Source: Pristiophorus japonicus (taxonomy: Eukaryota). Taken from it: a DNA stretch of 64,000 nt. Location of the stretch: assembly GCF_044704955.1 (NCBI RefSeq), contig NC_091999.1, forward strand, positions 65,410,001-65,474,000, written 5' to 3'. A model generated the notes under the pieces. The model ran no database searches, was not told the origin of the DNA, and was given only the letters and a program-made list of their open reading frames with translations. Every line of letters starts with the position of its first letter. Position 1 is the stretch's first letter. Below are positions 50,400 through 64,000 of this stretch, piece after piece. A program made the translations under genes and the position numbers.

Positions 50400-53300
50400 T
50401 ATATTACACTAGACCCTGTCTCTGTTTATATTTCATAAGGCCCAGTCTCTGTTTAAATTACTCCAGACCCTGGCTCAGTTATTACTGCATTGCACCATAT
50501 CTCTGTTTGTATAAGGCCTTTGGTCTCAGCTGGAGTATTATTGACAATTCTGGACACCACTTTTCCATAACGATGTAAAGCCATTAGAAAAGGTGCAAAA
50601 GACATTTAACACGTTGTTAACAGAGATAAGCGAATTCAGTTAGAGGTTGGAAAATGTAGAACTCTTTTCTTTGGAACGGAGAATTTTAGGAAGCGATCTA
50701 ATAGAAGTCTTCAACATGATGAGATGTTTTAATAGTGCAGAGGAGATATGAGGGGAAATTTCTACACCCAGATTAATGTGCGGCTCTGGAAATCACTGCC
50801 TGAAAGGTTGGTAGTTGTAGGAAACCTCACAAAATTTTAAAGTTACTTGGAAGCACGATTAAAGTGTTGTAACCTACAGGGCTACACACCAAGAGCTGGA
50901 AATTGGGATTAGGTTGAATAGCTCATGGTCGGCCGGCGCTGTATAGATTGGGCCGAAATGGCATCCTACCATGCTGTAAATGTCTATGTTTCTATTATAT
51001 AGAACAGCGGTTCCCACTAAGCAGAGGTCATAGACTTAAAAGCACTGGCAAAAGATCTGGAGGGGAGAAGACGAAAATTTGTTTTCACATAGAGCATCAG
51101 CACCGGCACGATGGACTCAATGACTTCCTTTGTGATGTAAGTTTCTGTGATTTTCTGTAATCACAGCAGATGATCTCTCAGTTATTATTCCACCAGATCC
51201 TGTCTCTGTTTATATTGCACTAGACCACGACTCAGTTGCTACTTCACTATACCCTGTCTCTGTTTTTATTACACTAGATCAGGATTCTGTTTATATCACT
51301 CTAGACGCTGCCTCTGTTATTATGGCACAAGACCCTATCCCAGTTTATAGTACACTTGACCCTGTCTCTTTTTATATTGTACCAGACCCTGTCTCTGTTC
51401 ATATTATTTTAGACCCTATCGCTGCTAATATGGCACTAGACCCTGTCCCGGTTTATATTACTCCAGACAGTATCCCGGTTTACTTTACACTATACCCCGT
51501 CTCTGTTAATACGGCACGAGACCAAGTCACGGTTTATATTACTCCAGACCCTGTCTCTGTTTATATTACTGTAGACCCTGCCTCTGAACATATTACACTC
51601 GTCCATGTCTCTATTTACATATCACTAGATCCTGTCTCTTTTTATATTAAACTAGACCCTGTCTCTGTTTATATTACGCTAGACACTGTCACTATTTATA
51701 TTACACTAGACCCAGTCTCTGTTTATATTGCACTGGAACCTGTCTCTGTTAATATTGCACGAAACTCTATCTCGGCTTAAAATAAACTAGACTCTGTCTC
51801 AGTTATTATTGCGAAGTACTTTATTTCTCTTTATATTAGGCCTTAGGTCTCAGCTGGAATAATATTGACAATTCTGGGAACCACATTTCCATAACGATGT
51901 AAAGGCTTTAGAAAGCGTGCAGATGAGGTTCAACAAGTTGTTGCCAGGATTAAGGGACCACAGTTATGAGAAGAGTTAGATTTGTTCTCCTTGCAACAAA
52001 GAAGTTTCATAAGCGACTTAAAAGAGTTCTTCAAGATGATGAGAGGTTGAATAAAGTAGCTGTAGAAGAACAGTTCCCTCTGGCGAGTGCGTGAATAAGC
52101 TGAGGGCATACATTGAAAAGCATTGGCAAAAGTGCTAGAGTGGAGAAAAATATGTTACTTCATGCAGACTGTTGTAGGCATCTGGAATGCTCTACAAGAA
52201 GTGGTGGTGGAACATGATTCCATAAATAATTTTCAAACTGAATTGGGGATGAAGAACTTACAGGGTTAGAGAAAAATTCCGCCACGTGGAACAATGCACA
52301 CCTGCTCTTTCTAAGTGTCGGTACAGGCGCGATGGACCGAATGGCTTCATTTATGATGTACTTTTCCCTGATTGCATGATATCACAGCAGATCGGCTCTC
52401 ATTTATTATGGCACGGGACCGTGTTTTAATTATTACCACGCTAGCCTCTGCATCAGTTATTACCGCATTTGACCTTGTATCTGTAGATATTGCACTAGAC
52501 ACTGTCACCATTTATATTGTACTCGGCCCTGTCTCTGTTTATGTTATACAAACCATGACTCTCTTTATATTACACTAAACCCAGTCTCTTTTTATAATAG
52601 ACTAGACCCTGTCTATGTTTACATTATACTAGACCTGGTCTCTATTTATATTATACTTGGCTGCGACTCTTTTTATTTTATATCAGATGCTGTCTCAGTC
52701 ATTAATGCACTATTCTGAGTATCGTTAATATTGCACGAGACCTTATATATCTTTATATTACTCGAGACCATGTATTTGTTTATATTCCTCTAGACATTGT
52801 CTCATGCATTGCTACATTAAGTCATATCTTTTTTTATATTACACTCGATCCGGTCACTGGAATTATTGCACCAGAACCTGTCTGTATATGTTACACCAAA
52901 TCCGGTCTCTGTTTGTTATGTACTAGATCATGTCTCTGTTTATATTACACGAGACACTGTGTCTGTTTATATTACCCTAGACCCTGTCTCTGTTTATATT
53001 TAATCTGACCCAGTCTCTGTTTAAATTAGTCCAGATCCTGACTCAGTTATTACTGCATTGCACGATATCTCTGATTGTATTAGGCCTTTGGTCTCAGCTG
53101 GAGTATTATTGACAATTCTGGACACCACTTTTCCATAACGATGTAAAGCCATTCGGAAAGGTGCAAAAGAGGCTTAACACATTGTTAACAGAGGTAAGCG
53201 AATTCAGTTCGAGGTTGGAAAATTTAGAACTCTTTTCTTTGGAACGGAGAATTTTAGGAAGCGACCTAATAGAAGTCTTCAACATGATGAGATATATTAA

Positions 53301-55530
53301 TAGTGCAGAGGAGATATGAGGGGAAATGTCTTCACCCAGATTATTGTGCAGCTCTGGAAATCACTGCCTGAAAGGTTGGTAGATGCAGGAATCCTCACAA
53401 AATTTTAAACTTACTTGGATGCACGATTAAAGTGTTGTAACCTACAGGGCTCTGGACCAAGAGCTGGAAATTGGGATTAGGCTGGAAAACTCATGGTCCG
53501 CCGGCGCTTTTACGATGGGCCGAAATGGCATCCTACCATGCTGTAAATGTCGATGTTTCTATTATATAGAACAACGGTTCCCACTAAGCAGAGGTCATAG
53601 ACTTAAAAGCATTTACAAAAGATCTGAAGGGGAGAAGACGAGAATGTGTTTTCACGTAGAGCGTCAGCACCGGCACGATGGACTCAATGACTTCCGTTGT
53701 GATGTAAGTTTCTGTGATTTTCTGTAATCACAGCAGATGATCTCTCAGTTATTATTCCACTCGACCCTGTCTCTGTTTATATTGCACTAGACCACGACTC
53801 AGTTGCTACTTCAGTATACCCTGTCTCTGTTTATATTACACTAGATCAGGTTTCTGTTTATATAACTCTCGACCCTGCCTCTGTTAATATGGCACTAGAA
53901 ACTATTCGGGTTTATATTACACTTGACCCTGTCACTGTTTATATTATATTAGACCCTGTCTCTGTTCATATTCTTTTAGACCCTATCCCTGCTAATATGG
54001 CACTAGACCCTGTATCGGTTTATATTACTCCAGACACTATCCCGGTTTATTTTACACTGGACCCTGTCTCTGTTAATACGGCACGAGACCAAGTCACGGT
54101 TTATATTACTCTAGACCCTGTCTCTGTTTATATGACTGCAGACCCTGCCTCTGATTATATTACACTCGACCATGTCTCTATTTACATTTGACTTGATCCT
54201 GTTTCTTTTTATATTAAACTAGACCCTGTCTCTGTTTATACTACGCTAGACACTGTCACTATTTATATTACACTAGATCCTGTCTCTTTTAATATTGCAT
54301 GAAACTCTGTCTAGATTTAAAATAAACTAGACTCTGTCTCAGTTATTATTGCTTAGTACTTTATTTCTCTTTATATTAGGCCCTAGGTATCAGCTGGATA
54401 TTATTGACAATTCTGGGAACCACATTTCCATAACGATGTAAAGGCATTAGAAAGCGTGCAGATGAGGTTGAACGAGTTGTTACCAGGATTGAGGGACCAC
54501 AGTTATGAGAAAAGTTAGAACTGTTCTCCTTGCAACAAAGAAGTTTCATAAGCGACTTAAAAGAGTTCTTCAAGATGATGAGAGGTTTAATAAAGTAGCT
54601 GTAGAAAAGCAGTTCCCACTGGCGAGTGCGTGAATAAGCAGAGGACATACATTTAAAAGCATTGGCAAAAGTGCTAGAGGGGAGAAAAATATGTTACTTC
54701 ATGCAGACTGTTGTAGACATCTGCAACGCTCCACAAGAAGTGGTGATGGAACATGATTCCATAAATAATTTTCAAATAATTGGAGATGAAGAACTTACAA
54801 GGTTAGGGACAAAATTCCGCAACGTGGAACTATGCACTCCTGCTCTTTCTAAGTGTCGGTACAGGCGCGATGGACAGAATGGCTTCATTTATGATGTACG
54901 TTTCCATGATTACAGGATATCACAGCAGATCGGCTCTCATTTATTACGGTACGAGACCATGTTTTAATGATTACCACGCGAGCCTCAACATCAGTTATTA
55001 CTGCATTTGACCTTGTATCTTTTCATATTGCACTAGACACTGTCACTATTTATATTGCACTCGGAACTGTCTCTATTTATATTATACAAACCGTGACTCT
55101 CTTTATATTACACGAAACCCAGTCTCTTTTTATAAAAGACTAGACCCTGTCTCTGTTTATATTATTCTAGACCTGGTCTCTATTTATATTATACTCGAAT
55201 GTGACTCTTTTTATATTACATCAGATGCTGTCTCAGTCATTAATGCACTATTCCGCGTATCGTTAATATTGCACAAGACCTTATTAACCTTTATATTACA
55301 TAGACCATGTATTTGTTTATATTCTACTCGACATTGTCTCATGCATTGCTACATGAAGCCGTGTCTTTTTTTATATTACACTCGACCCGGTCACTGAAAT
55401 TATTGCACCAGAACCTGTCTGTTTATGTTACACCAAATCCGGTCTCTGTTTGTATTGCACTAGATCATGTCTCTGTTTATGTTACACGAGACACTGTCTC
55501 TGTTTATATTACCCTACACCCTGTCTCTGT
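50400..55530 (+). repeat. Tandem duplication of a ~2.57-kb unit (27-bp satellite blocks plus two CR1 3' fragments)
   Basis: ORF pairs 50948/53515 and 51322/53889 are both offset by 2567 bp with closely similar translations. Confidence 0.92.
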
Positions 55531-56284
55531 TTTTGCTTCCTGCTGGGTGGCATGTAATTACTCAGCACTGGCACCTGGAGTCCTGGCCTAGATTATATGC
55601 TCGCGGCTCTGCATTGGGAAATTAAACCATGATTACATGACTGAGGCGTGAGACTGCTGCCACTGAGCCAAGACTGACATGATCTGGTCCCTGGTCCCAT
55701 GACACTAGACGGTGCCAGTGTTATTACACTAATCTCACCCATTCATACTGAAGTGGACCTTCACTCTGTTATTAGACATCAAGCAAAGCATTTGCAGATA
55801 TAATATCAGGTGACTTGCACACACTATTATGTAAGATCTAATCTTTTTGTTTATTTACACTCGACACTGTCTTTGTATAACACCAGAATCTGACTCAGTT
55901 GTTATTAGATCAAACCCTGTTTTTGTTACTCTTACAGTGGACAATTATTTGAGTGTTATTACGCTGGACCCCGTCTGCACTCTTACTGTGTGAGACTCTG
56001 TCTCAGGAATTCTTACAATAGACACGCGTTCTGCTATTATTTTAAAATGACCTCCCCCTGTAATATAAGGTAAATACACGCCGCTATTATAACTCGAGAG
56101 ATTGTCTCGGTTGTATTTAATGGAGTTGGGTTCTGGAATTGTTATAGCAGACCTTGCTTCTGTTAGTGATAAACTATCACCTCTTTCAGATATTATTGCA
56201 CAATATATTGTTTCTATTATTATTACACAAAGAACTGCTTCTTCCAATTTTACCCTGGAGCTGCCTCAGTTATCACTGCAACAG

Positions 56285-57330
56285 ACCAATCTCAAAAATG
56301 TTCGAAGATGTTTGTGACGAAACAGTGAAGGTAGGATTGAAAAAAAGAAGACTTTGGAAACTGAAATAGTGTAACTTATCTGGGAAGTAGCAAGCGTTTC
56401 ATTCCTTTCCAAACGAAGGTTGTAATAAATCAGAAAATGACATATTTATTAACGTCACATCAGGCATAGGTGATTTTCATATTTACCATCACTTGCACCA
56501 ATCAGCACATTCTGGAATTAATTATCAGGAGCTTTTTTGTGATGGTGAGGTGATCACTGGACAATAAAGCGCAGAGACTGGTGATAGTTTCTAATTACCC
56601 TCGCTGTAATTGATTTGCCTTTCACACTGAATACAATGGACAGACATGCGGGCTTCATTAACGGAATCGACTTTGTGACTTCTCTTTAGAAACAAGACAA
56701 TGGGTTCCCAATAAATGTTAAAGATATTAAACGATCCGAAGCTGCAAAATTGTAAAAAATAATTGGTGAATATAATAATATATCATTGTGGAATGTGCTT
56801 GCACCTATTGCGAATGATATGATTTGTAAACACATGCAGCAAGCACCTTCTGAGTGCTGTTTTCAGTAATTCCTCTAAACCAAATAAGGGCTGGTGCAGC
56901 TGTGGATATACCTGTGGTCGCCCATCTGGCGGCCCTGTGACGTCACGGTTCCAGACTCTGTCGAACACAATCAGTGGGTTCCGCAAAAGCTCAATAGAAA
57001 CTTCTGCAGTGAAAACAATTCTTAACTGTGAAAACCAAGGAGCAATCAGCATAGGACAACATACGTATGCGTTAGTAAACTTTAACAGAGTATGCCACTA
57101 ATTAGAGCAACGAGCAGTGAATTGCTCAACTTTAGACCTGTCCCTCAATCTCAATCCATCTCTGGAAAATTGTTCCAAGATTTACCTGCCCATTCAACGC
57201 AAGTGGCACCGAAATAATGTCACATCAATCAGAAGTTGCTACTGTTGCTGACAGTAATTAACAAAAATAAATATAGGTTCTACATTTAAAACAATTCTTC
57301 CTTCCACCTACGCAAATAATTATCTCTCTT
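56285..57330 (+). pseudogene. Degenerate coding-like segment, possible class I fusion glycoprotein (env) relic
   Basis: First ~500 bp homologous to 42500-43030 (-); later frames give RAGAAVDIPVVAHLAAL and then QTLSNTISGFRKSSIETSAVKTILNCENQGAISIGQHTYALVN. Confidence 0.35.
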
Positions 57331-57384
57331 TACATCGATATCCATCTATCTCTCCATCAATCATCTGCTCATCAATCTACCAGA

Positions 57385-58085
57385 CAGGGTGCAGTGTAAT
57401 ATAAATAGAGACAGGGTGAGTGTAATATAAGCAGAGACATGATCCAGAATAATATAAATAGAGACAATATCGAGTGCAATGTAAAGAGAGACAGCGTCTA
57501 ATGCAATATAAACAGATTCTGGGTCTCGTGTAATAAAAACAGAAGCAGGGATTGGTGTAATATAAAAGGACATGGACTAGTGCAATGCAAAGAGAGACAG
57601 GGCCTCAAGCAGGAATAACTGAGACACGGTCTAGTGTGACTTAAACAGAGACATGATCTAGTCAAATATAAATAGAGAAAGGATCTAGTCTAATACAAAC
57701 ACTGACCGGGTCTATTGTAATTTAAACAGAGACAGGTCCGAGTGTTATATAAGGAGAGAGAAGATTCAGTATGGTATTAACAGACACAGAGACTAGTCTA
57801 ATATAAAAAAATAGATTATACTGTAATATTAGCAGAGACAATGCCGATTGTAGTATTAACAGAGACTGGTTCTTTTGTAACTTCATCAGAGGCAGCTTGT
57901 GGAGTAATATGAACAGACACAGGGTGTAGTGTAACATAAACAGGGATATGACCTAAAATTTTATAATCAGAGTCAGTGTCATATAAACAGATAATTGTTC
58001 CAGTGTAATATAAAAATGGGCCATGCTTAGTCAATATAATTGAGACAGGTTCTAATGTAAATTAAATATAGACTGGGTCTAGTTT
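57385..58085 (-). repeat. 27-bp satellite (inverted)
   Basis: ATATAAACAGAGACAGGG units. Confidence 0.85.
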
Positions 58086-58149
58086 TTCAATTGCATATCA
58101 AGCAGCCTAACCTTGGCGCTGGTCAAATTATTGGTATGAAATATGAATG

Positions 58150-59430
58150 ACACGATAAATCATCATTGAGAAAGTCACTGATTAATCAAGGACGACTTAG
58201 CATGGATTTGGTCATGTAAGGTCATGTCTGACTAACTTGATTGCATTTTGATGAGGTAACAAAGAGAATTGACGAGGACAGTATCATTGATGATGGTTTT
58301 TACCAAGGCTTTTTGCAAGGTAACGCATGGGCAGTTGGTCAAAAAAGTAAAAGCCAATGGGATCCAAGGGAAAGTGGCAAGTTGGATCTAAAATTGGATC
58401 TGTTGTAAGAAGCAGAGGGTAATGGTCGATGGGTGTTTTTGTGACTGGAAGGCTGTTTCTAGTGGTGTTCTGCAGAGCTCAGTACTAGGTCCCTTGCCCC
58501 TTGTGCTATACTTCAATTAATTAGGCTTCAATATAGGGGACATGTTTAAGATGTCTTCAGATGATACAAAAATTGGAGTGTGGTTGATACCGAGGAATGA
58601 ATCTGTAGATAGCAGGACGGTATCAATGGACTGGTCAAGAGGGCAGAAAAGTGGCAAATGAAATTTATTACTAGGAGAGAAGTGATGCATTTGGGGAAGG
58701 CTAACAATGCAGGGGAATATAGAATGAATGTTAGGATACTGTGCAAGTCGAGGAACAGAGAGACCTTGAAGTGCAGGGCCACAGATCGCTGAAGGTTGAA
58801 GGACTTGTCGATTAGATGGTCAAGGAGGCGTACGGGATACTTTCCACTACTGGACAAGCATTACAATATAAGAGCAGGGAGGTTATGCTTGAACTGTATC
58901 AAACACTAGTTTGGCCATAGCTAGATTATTGCTTGTAGTTCTGGACACCACATTACAGGAAATAAATGATTGCACTCGAGAGAGTACAAATGAAATTTAC
59001 GAGGATGTGTCCTGGATTGGATAATGTTAGTTATGAGAAGTCATTTGATCTGCTGAGATGTTTTCTTTTGATACGAGAAGACTGAGGGGAGACTTGATTT
59101 ATTTGAATAATTATGAGGGGCTTAGATAGAATGGATAGCAAGGACCTATTTCTATTAGCATAGAGTTCAATAATCAGAGGGAATAGATATACAGTAATTG
59201 ATAGAAAGATTAGAGAGGAGTTGAGGATAACTTTTTTCAGCAGGAGTTGCTGGGGGTTTTGAACCTACTCCATGAAAGGCTCGTAGAGGCAGTAATCATC
59301 ACAATTAAAAAGTGCTTGGACATGTACCTGAAGTATCGTGCTCTACAGGGCTACGAACCAAAAGCTGAAAAGTGGTATTAGGCTGAATATCTATTTTTCG
59401 GCTAGTGTGGACGTGCCTATTACTCTATGA
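58150..59430 (+). mobile_element. CR1 LINE RT-3' fragment
   Basis: RSCLTNLI, SGVLQSSVLGP and SDDTKIG-like motifs across broken frames. Confidence 0.85.
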
Positions 59431-60139
59431 CGCTATGGCAATCGTTCAGATCTTTGATCAGCTCTATAAAATTAATCTTCCAACGTCTCTGCTGTACATA
59501 ATACAAAGCCAGCTTCTCTAATCTCGGCATAACTGAACTCCCACAACCCTGATACAATTCAAGTCAATCTCCTCTGCACATTCTCCAAGACCGTGACAAT
59601 CTTCCTAAAGTCCGGATTTAAATAATGTCAATCTGTATTGTTCCTTCAGGTTAATTCTAAGGATATATTTGGTGTCTTGCAATCGCACTGAGCAGCAATA
59701 TGAGTGTTATTAATTTTGATAACAATGATACTACGTGTTTGGCAGTGCAGACTTTGAATGATATACTCAGTAACATGGGCTTCTGCATGATTCATGTTAC
59801 AGTAAGATCGCTGTCGCCACCTGTTGATGACAAACATCTACTGCAGATGCTAGAGATGTCTTTGAATCATGATTAATAATTACAGGCACAGCAACTTGGT
59901 TTTCCAAGTTACGTATATAGAGCGGCGTTTCTCAGAACAAACCATGCGAGGGCCAAGAGAGTAAAGGAAATTAAGGTAGGAATGACCCAAAATACTGTTA
60001 TAATTTCTGATGAGGTTTGCTTGGGAAATTGTGTGGTTAGTTGACAAGAAAACGCCAATAAACAAGGTAAGGTTAAATGTATCATCCACACACCATTTCT
60101 AATGATGGGGGAAGAGGGACAGCTGCCTCTGGAAGGCTA

Positions 60140-63100
60140 GAATAGTGGCCATGTGATTGGACTAGTGCTTCAGGGGCCTCGGTTAATGATCCAGCAGACA
60201 TGAGTTCAAAGCCAACCATGGCAGCGGGGAATTTAAATTCAATTCATTAAATACATCTGGAATAAAAATCTAGCATCAATATTGTTGACCGTTACAGGAG
60301 GATTGTCGTAAAACCCCATCTGGTTCAACAATGTACATTAGGGAAGGGAATCTGCTGTCCTTACTCTGTCTAGCCTATACCAGACTCCATTCCCAGAGCA
60401 AAGTGTTTGACCCTTAATTGCCCTCTGAAATATCCTAGCAATGACAGCAAACAGCCACAAGAAACATTAATAAGAATAAAATCGGACGCACCACCTGGCA
60501 TCGACCACTGCACCGGCTATGTACATGACAACGGCTCACCCAAATCCGGGTCGATCATATTAAGCCGTTCTTCACTCGCATCTGAGGTCCTCTGCCAACA
60601 GTGGGAGAGTTGTCCCACAGACTATTGAAGCAACAGCCCGACATAGCCTTCCTCACCGAATCATACCTTTCAGCCAATGTCCAAGACTCCTCCATCACAA
60701 TCCCTGGGTATGACTTGTCCCACCCTTATTGGTATACAGTCGGGAGTGAAAGGCCTTGGGAGTCCTCAACATTGAGTCGGGACCCCATGAAGTCTCATGG
60801 TTTCAGGTCAAGCATGGGCTGGGAAACCTTCGGCTGTAAACCATCGACCAACCTCCCTCAGCTAATGAATCAGTACACCTCCATATTGAAAAGCACTTAG
60901 AAGAACCACTGAAGGTAATGCAGCGGCTCGGTAGCACCTCCAGTGACCAAGCTGGTCGAGTCCAGACAGAATGAGCCTGCGACAGGAGGTGAGAGAACAA
61001 ACACGAGGGGAAAAACCTACTAGAAACCATCCATATCAAACAACATGTCGTAGATGCATCGGTCCATGAGAAATTGGCAGCAGTGACCACTTCACCGTCA
61101 TTATGGAGCCGAAGTCCGGTCTTCAAGCTGAGGAAACAATCTGTCGTATGGAGTGGCACTAACGCCGTCCCAAACTGGATATGTTCATAACAGATCCAAC
61201 AACTCAAAATTGGGCATCCATGGAGCTCTGTGGATCAGCAGCAGCAGAGTTGTATTCCGTAAAATCGGTAACATCATTGCCCGACTTTTCCCTCTTTCTA
61301 CCATTATCATCAAGCCAGGGGACCAAAACTGGTTCAATAAAGTGCACAGAAGTGCATGCCAGGAGCAGCACCAGGTGTACCTAAACATGAGGAGCTAACC
61401 TGGGGAGCCAGCAACACAATATTACATGCATGCGAAACAGCGAAACCAGCATGGCTCAGACAAAGCTAAGGGATCCCAGAATCAACGGATCAGATCAAAG
61501 CTCTGCAGTCCTGCCACATCAAGTTTTGAATGGTGGTGAGCCATTACGCAACTAACAGGAGGAGGAGACTCCATGAATATCTTTATCCTAAATGACGTTG
61601 GAGCCCAGCACTGAAGTATCAAAGGCAAAGCTGAAGCGTTTGCAACTAACTTCAGCCACAAGTGCCGAGTGGATGATTCATATCTGCCTACTCATGAGGT
61701 CCCCACCATCAGAGAAGCTAGTCTTCAGCGAATTTATTAATTCCACGAGTAATGAAGAAACGGCTGACTGCACTGGATACAGCAAAGGCTATGGGACCAG
61801 AAAACCTCCCGGCTGAAGAAGTGTGCTGCAGAGCTAAACGCTCCTCAAGCCAAGCTGTTCCAGTACAGCTATAACACAGACATCTACCGAAATATGTGGG
61901 AAACTGTGCATGTATGTCGCGTCCGCAAAAAGCAGGACAAATCCAATCTGGCCAATTAACGTCCCATTAGTTTCCTCTCAATCATCAGCACGGAGCTGGA
62001 ATATCTGGTCGTGAGTGCTATGAAGTGCAACGTAATTAGCAATAACCTGCTCATCAATGCTCACTTTTTTTTCACCGAGGACCACTCGGCTCCAGACCAC
62101 ATTACAGTTTTGGCAAAAGCGTGGATATGTTTGAATTCCCGACGTGAGGTGATACTGACTGCCGTGGATGTCAAGGCAGCATTTGACAATGTTTGGCATG
62201 GAGGAGCGTTGGTAAAATAAAAGTCAATGTGGAAACAGGGGAGAACCTCTCCACTGGCTAGATTCATACCTCGCACAGAGCTAGATGTTTGTGACTGTTG
62301 GATGTCAAAAATCTCAGCGCAAGGGCATGATATCAGGAGTTCTTCAGGACACAGTAGTAGGCCCAACTATGTTAAGCTGCTTCATTAATGACCTACGCTC
62401 AATCATAAGATCAGAAATGGAGATATTCACTGATGACTGCTCAATGCTCATTGCCATTCGCAACATTTCAGACAATGAAACAGGCCACGTCCACATTACG
62501 AAAGACTTGGAAGACATTCAGGCTTGGGCTTATATGTGGAAATAACATTCACGCCACAAAAGTGCCAGATAATGATTATCTCCAAGTCTAACCACTGTCT
62601 CAATGACAATCAACAGAATTTCCATCGCCGCATCCCCATCATAAACATCCGGGAGGGCACCATTTACCAGAAACGCAACTGGACTATCGACATACATACT
62701 GTATCAACAAGAACAGGTGAGCGGCTGGGTATTCTGCAAGCAATGACTCAGCGACAGAATCCCCAAAGCCTTTCCACCATCTACAGGGCACAAGTCAGGA
62801 GTATAATGGAATACTTTCCGCTCACTTTAATGATTGCAGCTCCACCAAGCAGCTCGACTCCATTTAGGACAAAGCGACCCGCTATATTGGCACCACATAA
62901 ACCTTAAATATTCTCTCCCTCCACCACCGCCGCATTGTGGCTAAAGATTGCACAATATACAAGATGCACTGCAGCAACTCACCAAGTCTTCCATGGCAGC
63001 ATCTTCCAAACCGGTGACTTTTAACACCTATCCCTAACAACACCTCCCCAGCAGCACTGTGGGAGTACCATCACCAAACGGACTGCAAAAGTTCAAGAAG

Positions 63101-63190
63101 GCGGCTCCTCTCCATCTTCCCAAGGGCAATTATGGATGAGCAATAATGGCTGGCCTTGCCAGCGATGGCCACATCCCACGAACGAATAGA
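60140..63190 (+). mobile_element. Near-full-length decayed APE-RT LINE (CR1/L2-group-like) with a tRNA-like 5' head
   Basis: GELSHRLLKQQPDIAFLTESYL...IPGY (APE); VDVKAAFDNVWH, SGVLQDTVVGP, IFTDD (RT); 3' end CACATCCCACGAACGAATA; B-box-like GAGTTCAAAGC near 60202. Confidence 0.85.
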
Positions 63191-63654
63191 TTAAGATCCA
63201 AACTAATACAAATCAGAGCGCCCATTAACCATGATGCCAAACAGTGCGCGCAGAACATTGTAAACCTGAATAACAGAAAAGGTGCACAGGATTGAAACAG
63301 GAATATGCAATAAACGGATGTGTTCCAGATTAACAGAGAGTTAACAGATAATATAAAAAATGAGTACATTAATCCATTTTCGTAGGGCGAGACGTGGGAC
63401 AACCCGGACAGACCTTACGTTCATGCTCTCTGTAAGACTGCTATCTGCAGCAGAAAAATTCCAAGCCTAACATCTGCAGAACCCTTGTGTCTGAGAAGTT
63501 AATGCTCATCTGTTCATAGATAGTAATGCTTGCAGCATTGGGACAGACGGGTCATCTGTCAATAAATTAGGATGTTTGTGACTCTGGTACAGAAAGGTAA
63601 CGTGTCAGTAAATTGGGATGTTTGGGCCACTGGTGCAGGAAGATCACCTTTCAA

Positions 63655-64000
63655 TACAACAACAACTTGTAGTTATATAGCGCCTTTAATGTAGTGAAAT
63701 GTCACAAGGCGCTGCACAGGAGCACTGTGAGAATCAAATAAATTGACCCCGAACGCATCAATAGAAATTAGCGCAGGTGATCAAAAGCTTGTTGAAAGAG
63801 TTATGTTTTAAGCAGTGTCTTGAAGGAGGACAAAGAGCTAGAGGGGAAGGTTTTGGCAGAGTGTTCCAGAACTTGGGGCTAGGCAGCAAAATGCACTGCC
63901 ACCAACGGTTGAGCGATAATAAACGGCCATGCTGAAGAGGGCAGAATTAGAGGAACACATGCATCTCGGGGCTAGAGGAGACTACAGAGATAGGGAGAGG
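63655..64000 (-). mobile_element. L2-like LINE 3' end
   Basis: CAACAACAACTTG...TATAGCGCCTTT tail followed by antisense LINE C-terminus (WNTLP). Confidence 0.6.

Noticed and set aside
51322-54191. ORFs with YITLDPVSV repeats as a repeat protein
   Set aside because: They are translations of the 27-bp satellite (9 codons per unit), occur in both orientations and are frequently interrupted.
56917-56934. Reverse CTCF-like motif GGCCGCCAGATGGGCG
   Set aside because: Mismatch in the 3' core, lies inside a decayed coding-like relic, and is beyond the gap.

Overview
Cartilaginous-fish (shark-type) genomic DNA, mostly repeats. The one clear host gene is a complete IgM heavy-chain minilocus on the minus strand (~32.7 kb down to ~14.0 kb): promoter, leader, a single already-joined in-frame V(D)J exon with no RSSs, Cmu1-Cmu4 plus secretory tailpiece, TM1 and TM2. 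All exons are open and phase-compatible, so it looks like a germline-joined, fixed-specificity IgM. Unusual points: a non-canonical GC donor after CH1, substitutions clustered in the TM/cytoplasmic exons (NIW->NIS, VTLVK->VTRLK, KVK->KVN), a divergent J motif (SLAEW), a CTCF-like site just 3' of the gene pointing back at it, and several intronic duplications and tandem arrays. The rest is decayed CR1, RTE and other LINEs, two solo LTRs, 27-, 53-, 55- and 67-bp tandem repeats, a 2.57-kb tandem duplication, a 195-N gap, and degenerate coding-like segments (three clearly homologous to each other) that may be retroviral env relics. All alignments were made by eye, and reference Ig/env sequences were recalled rather than searched.
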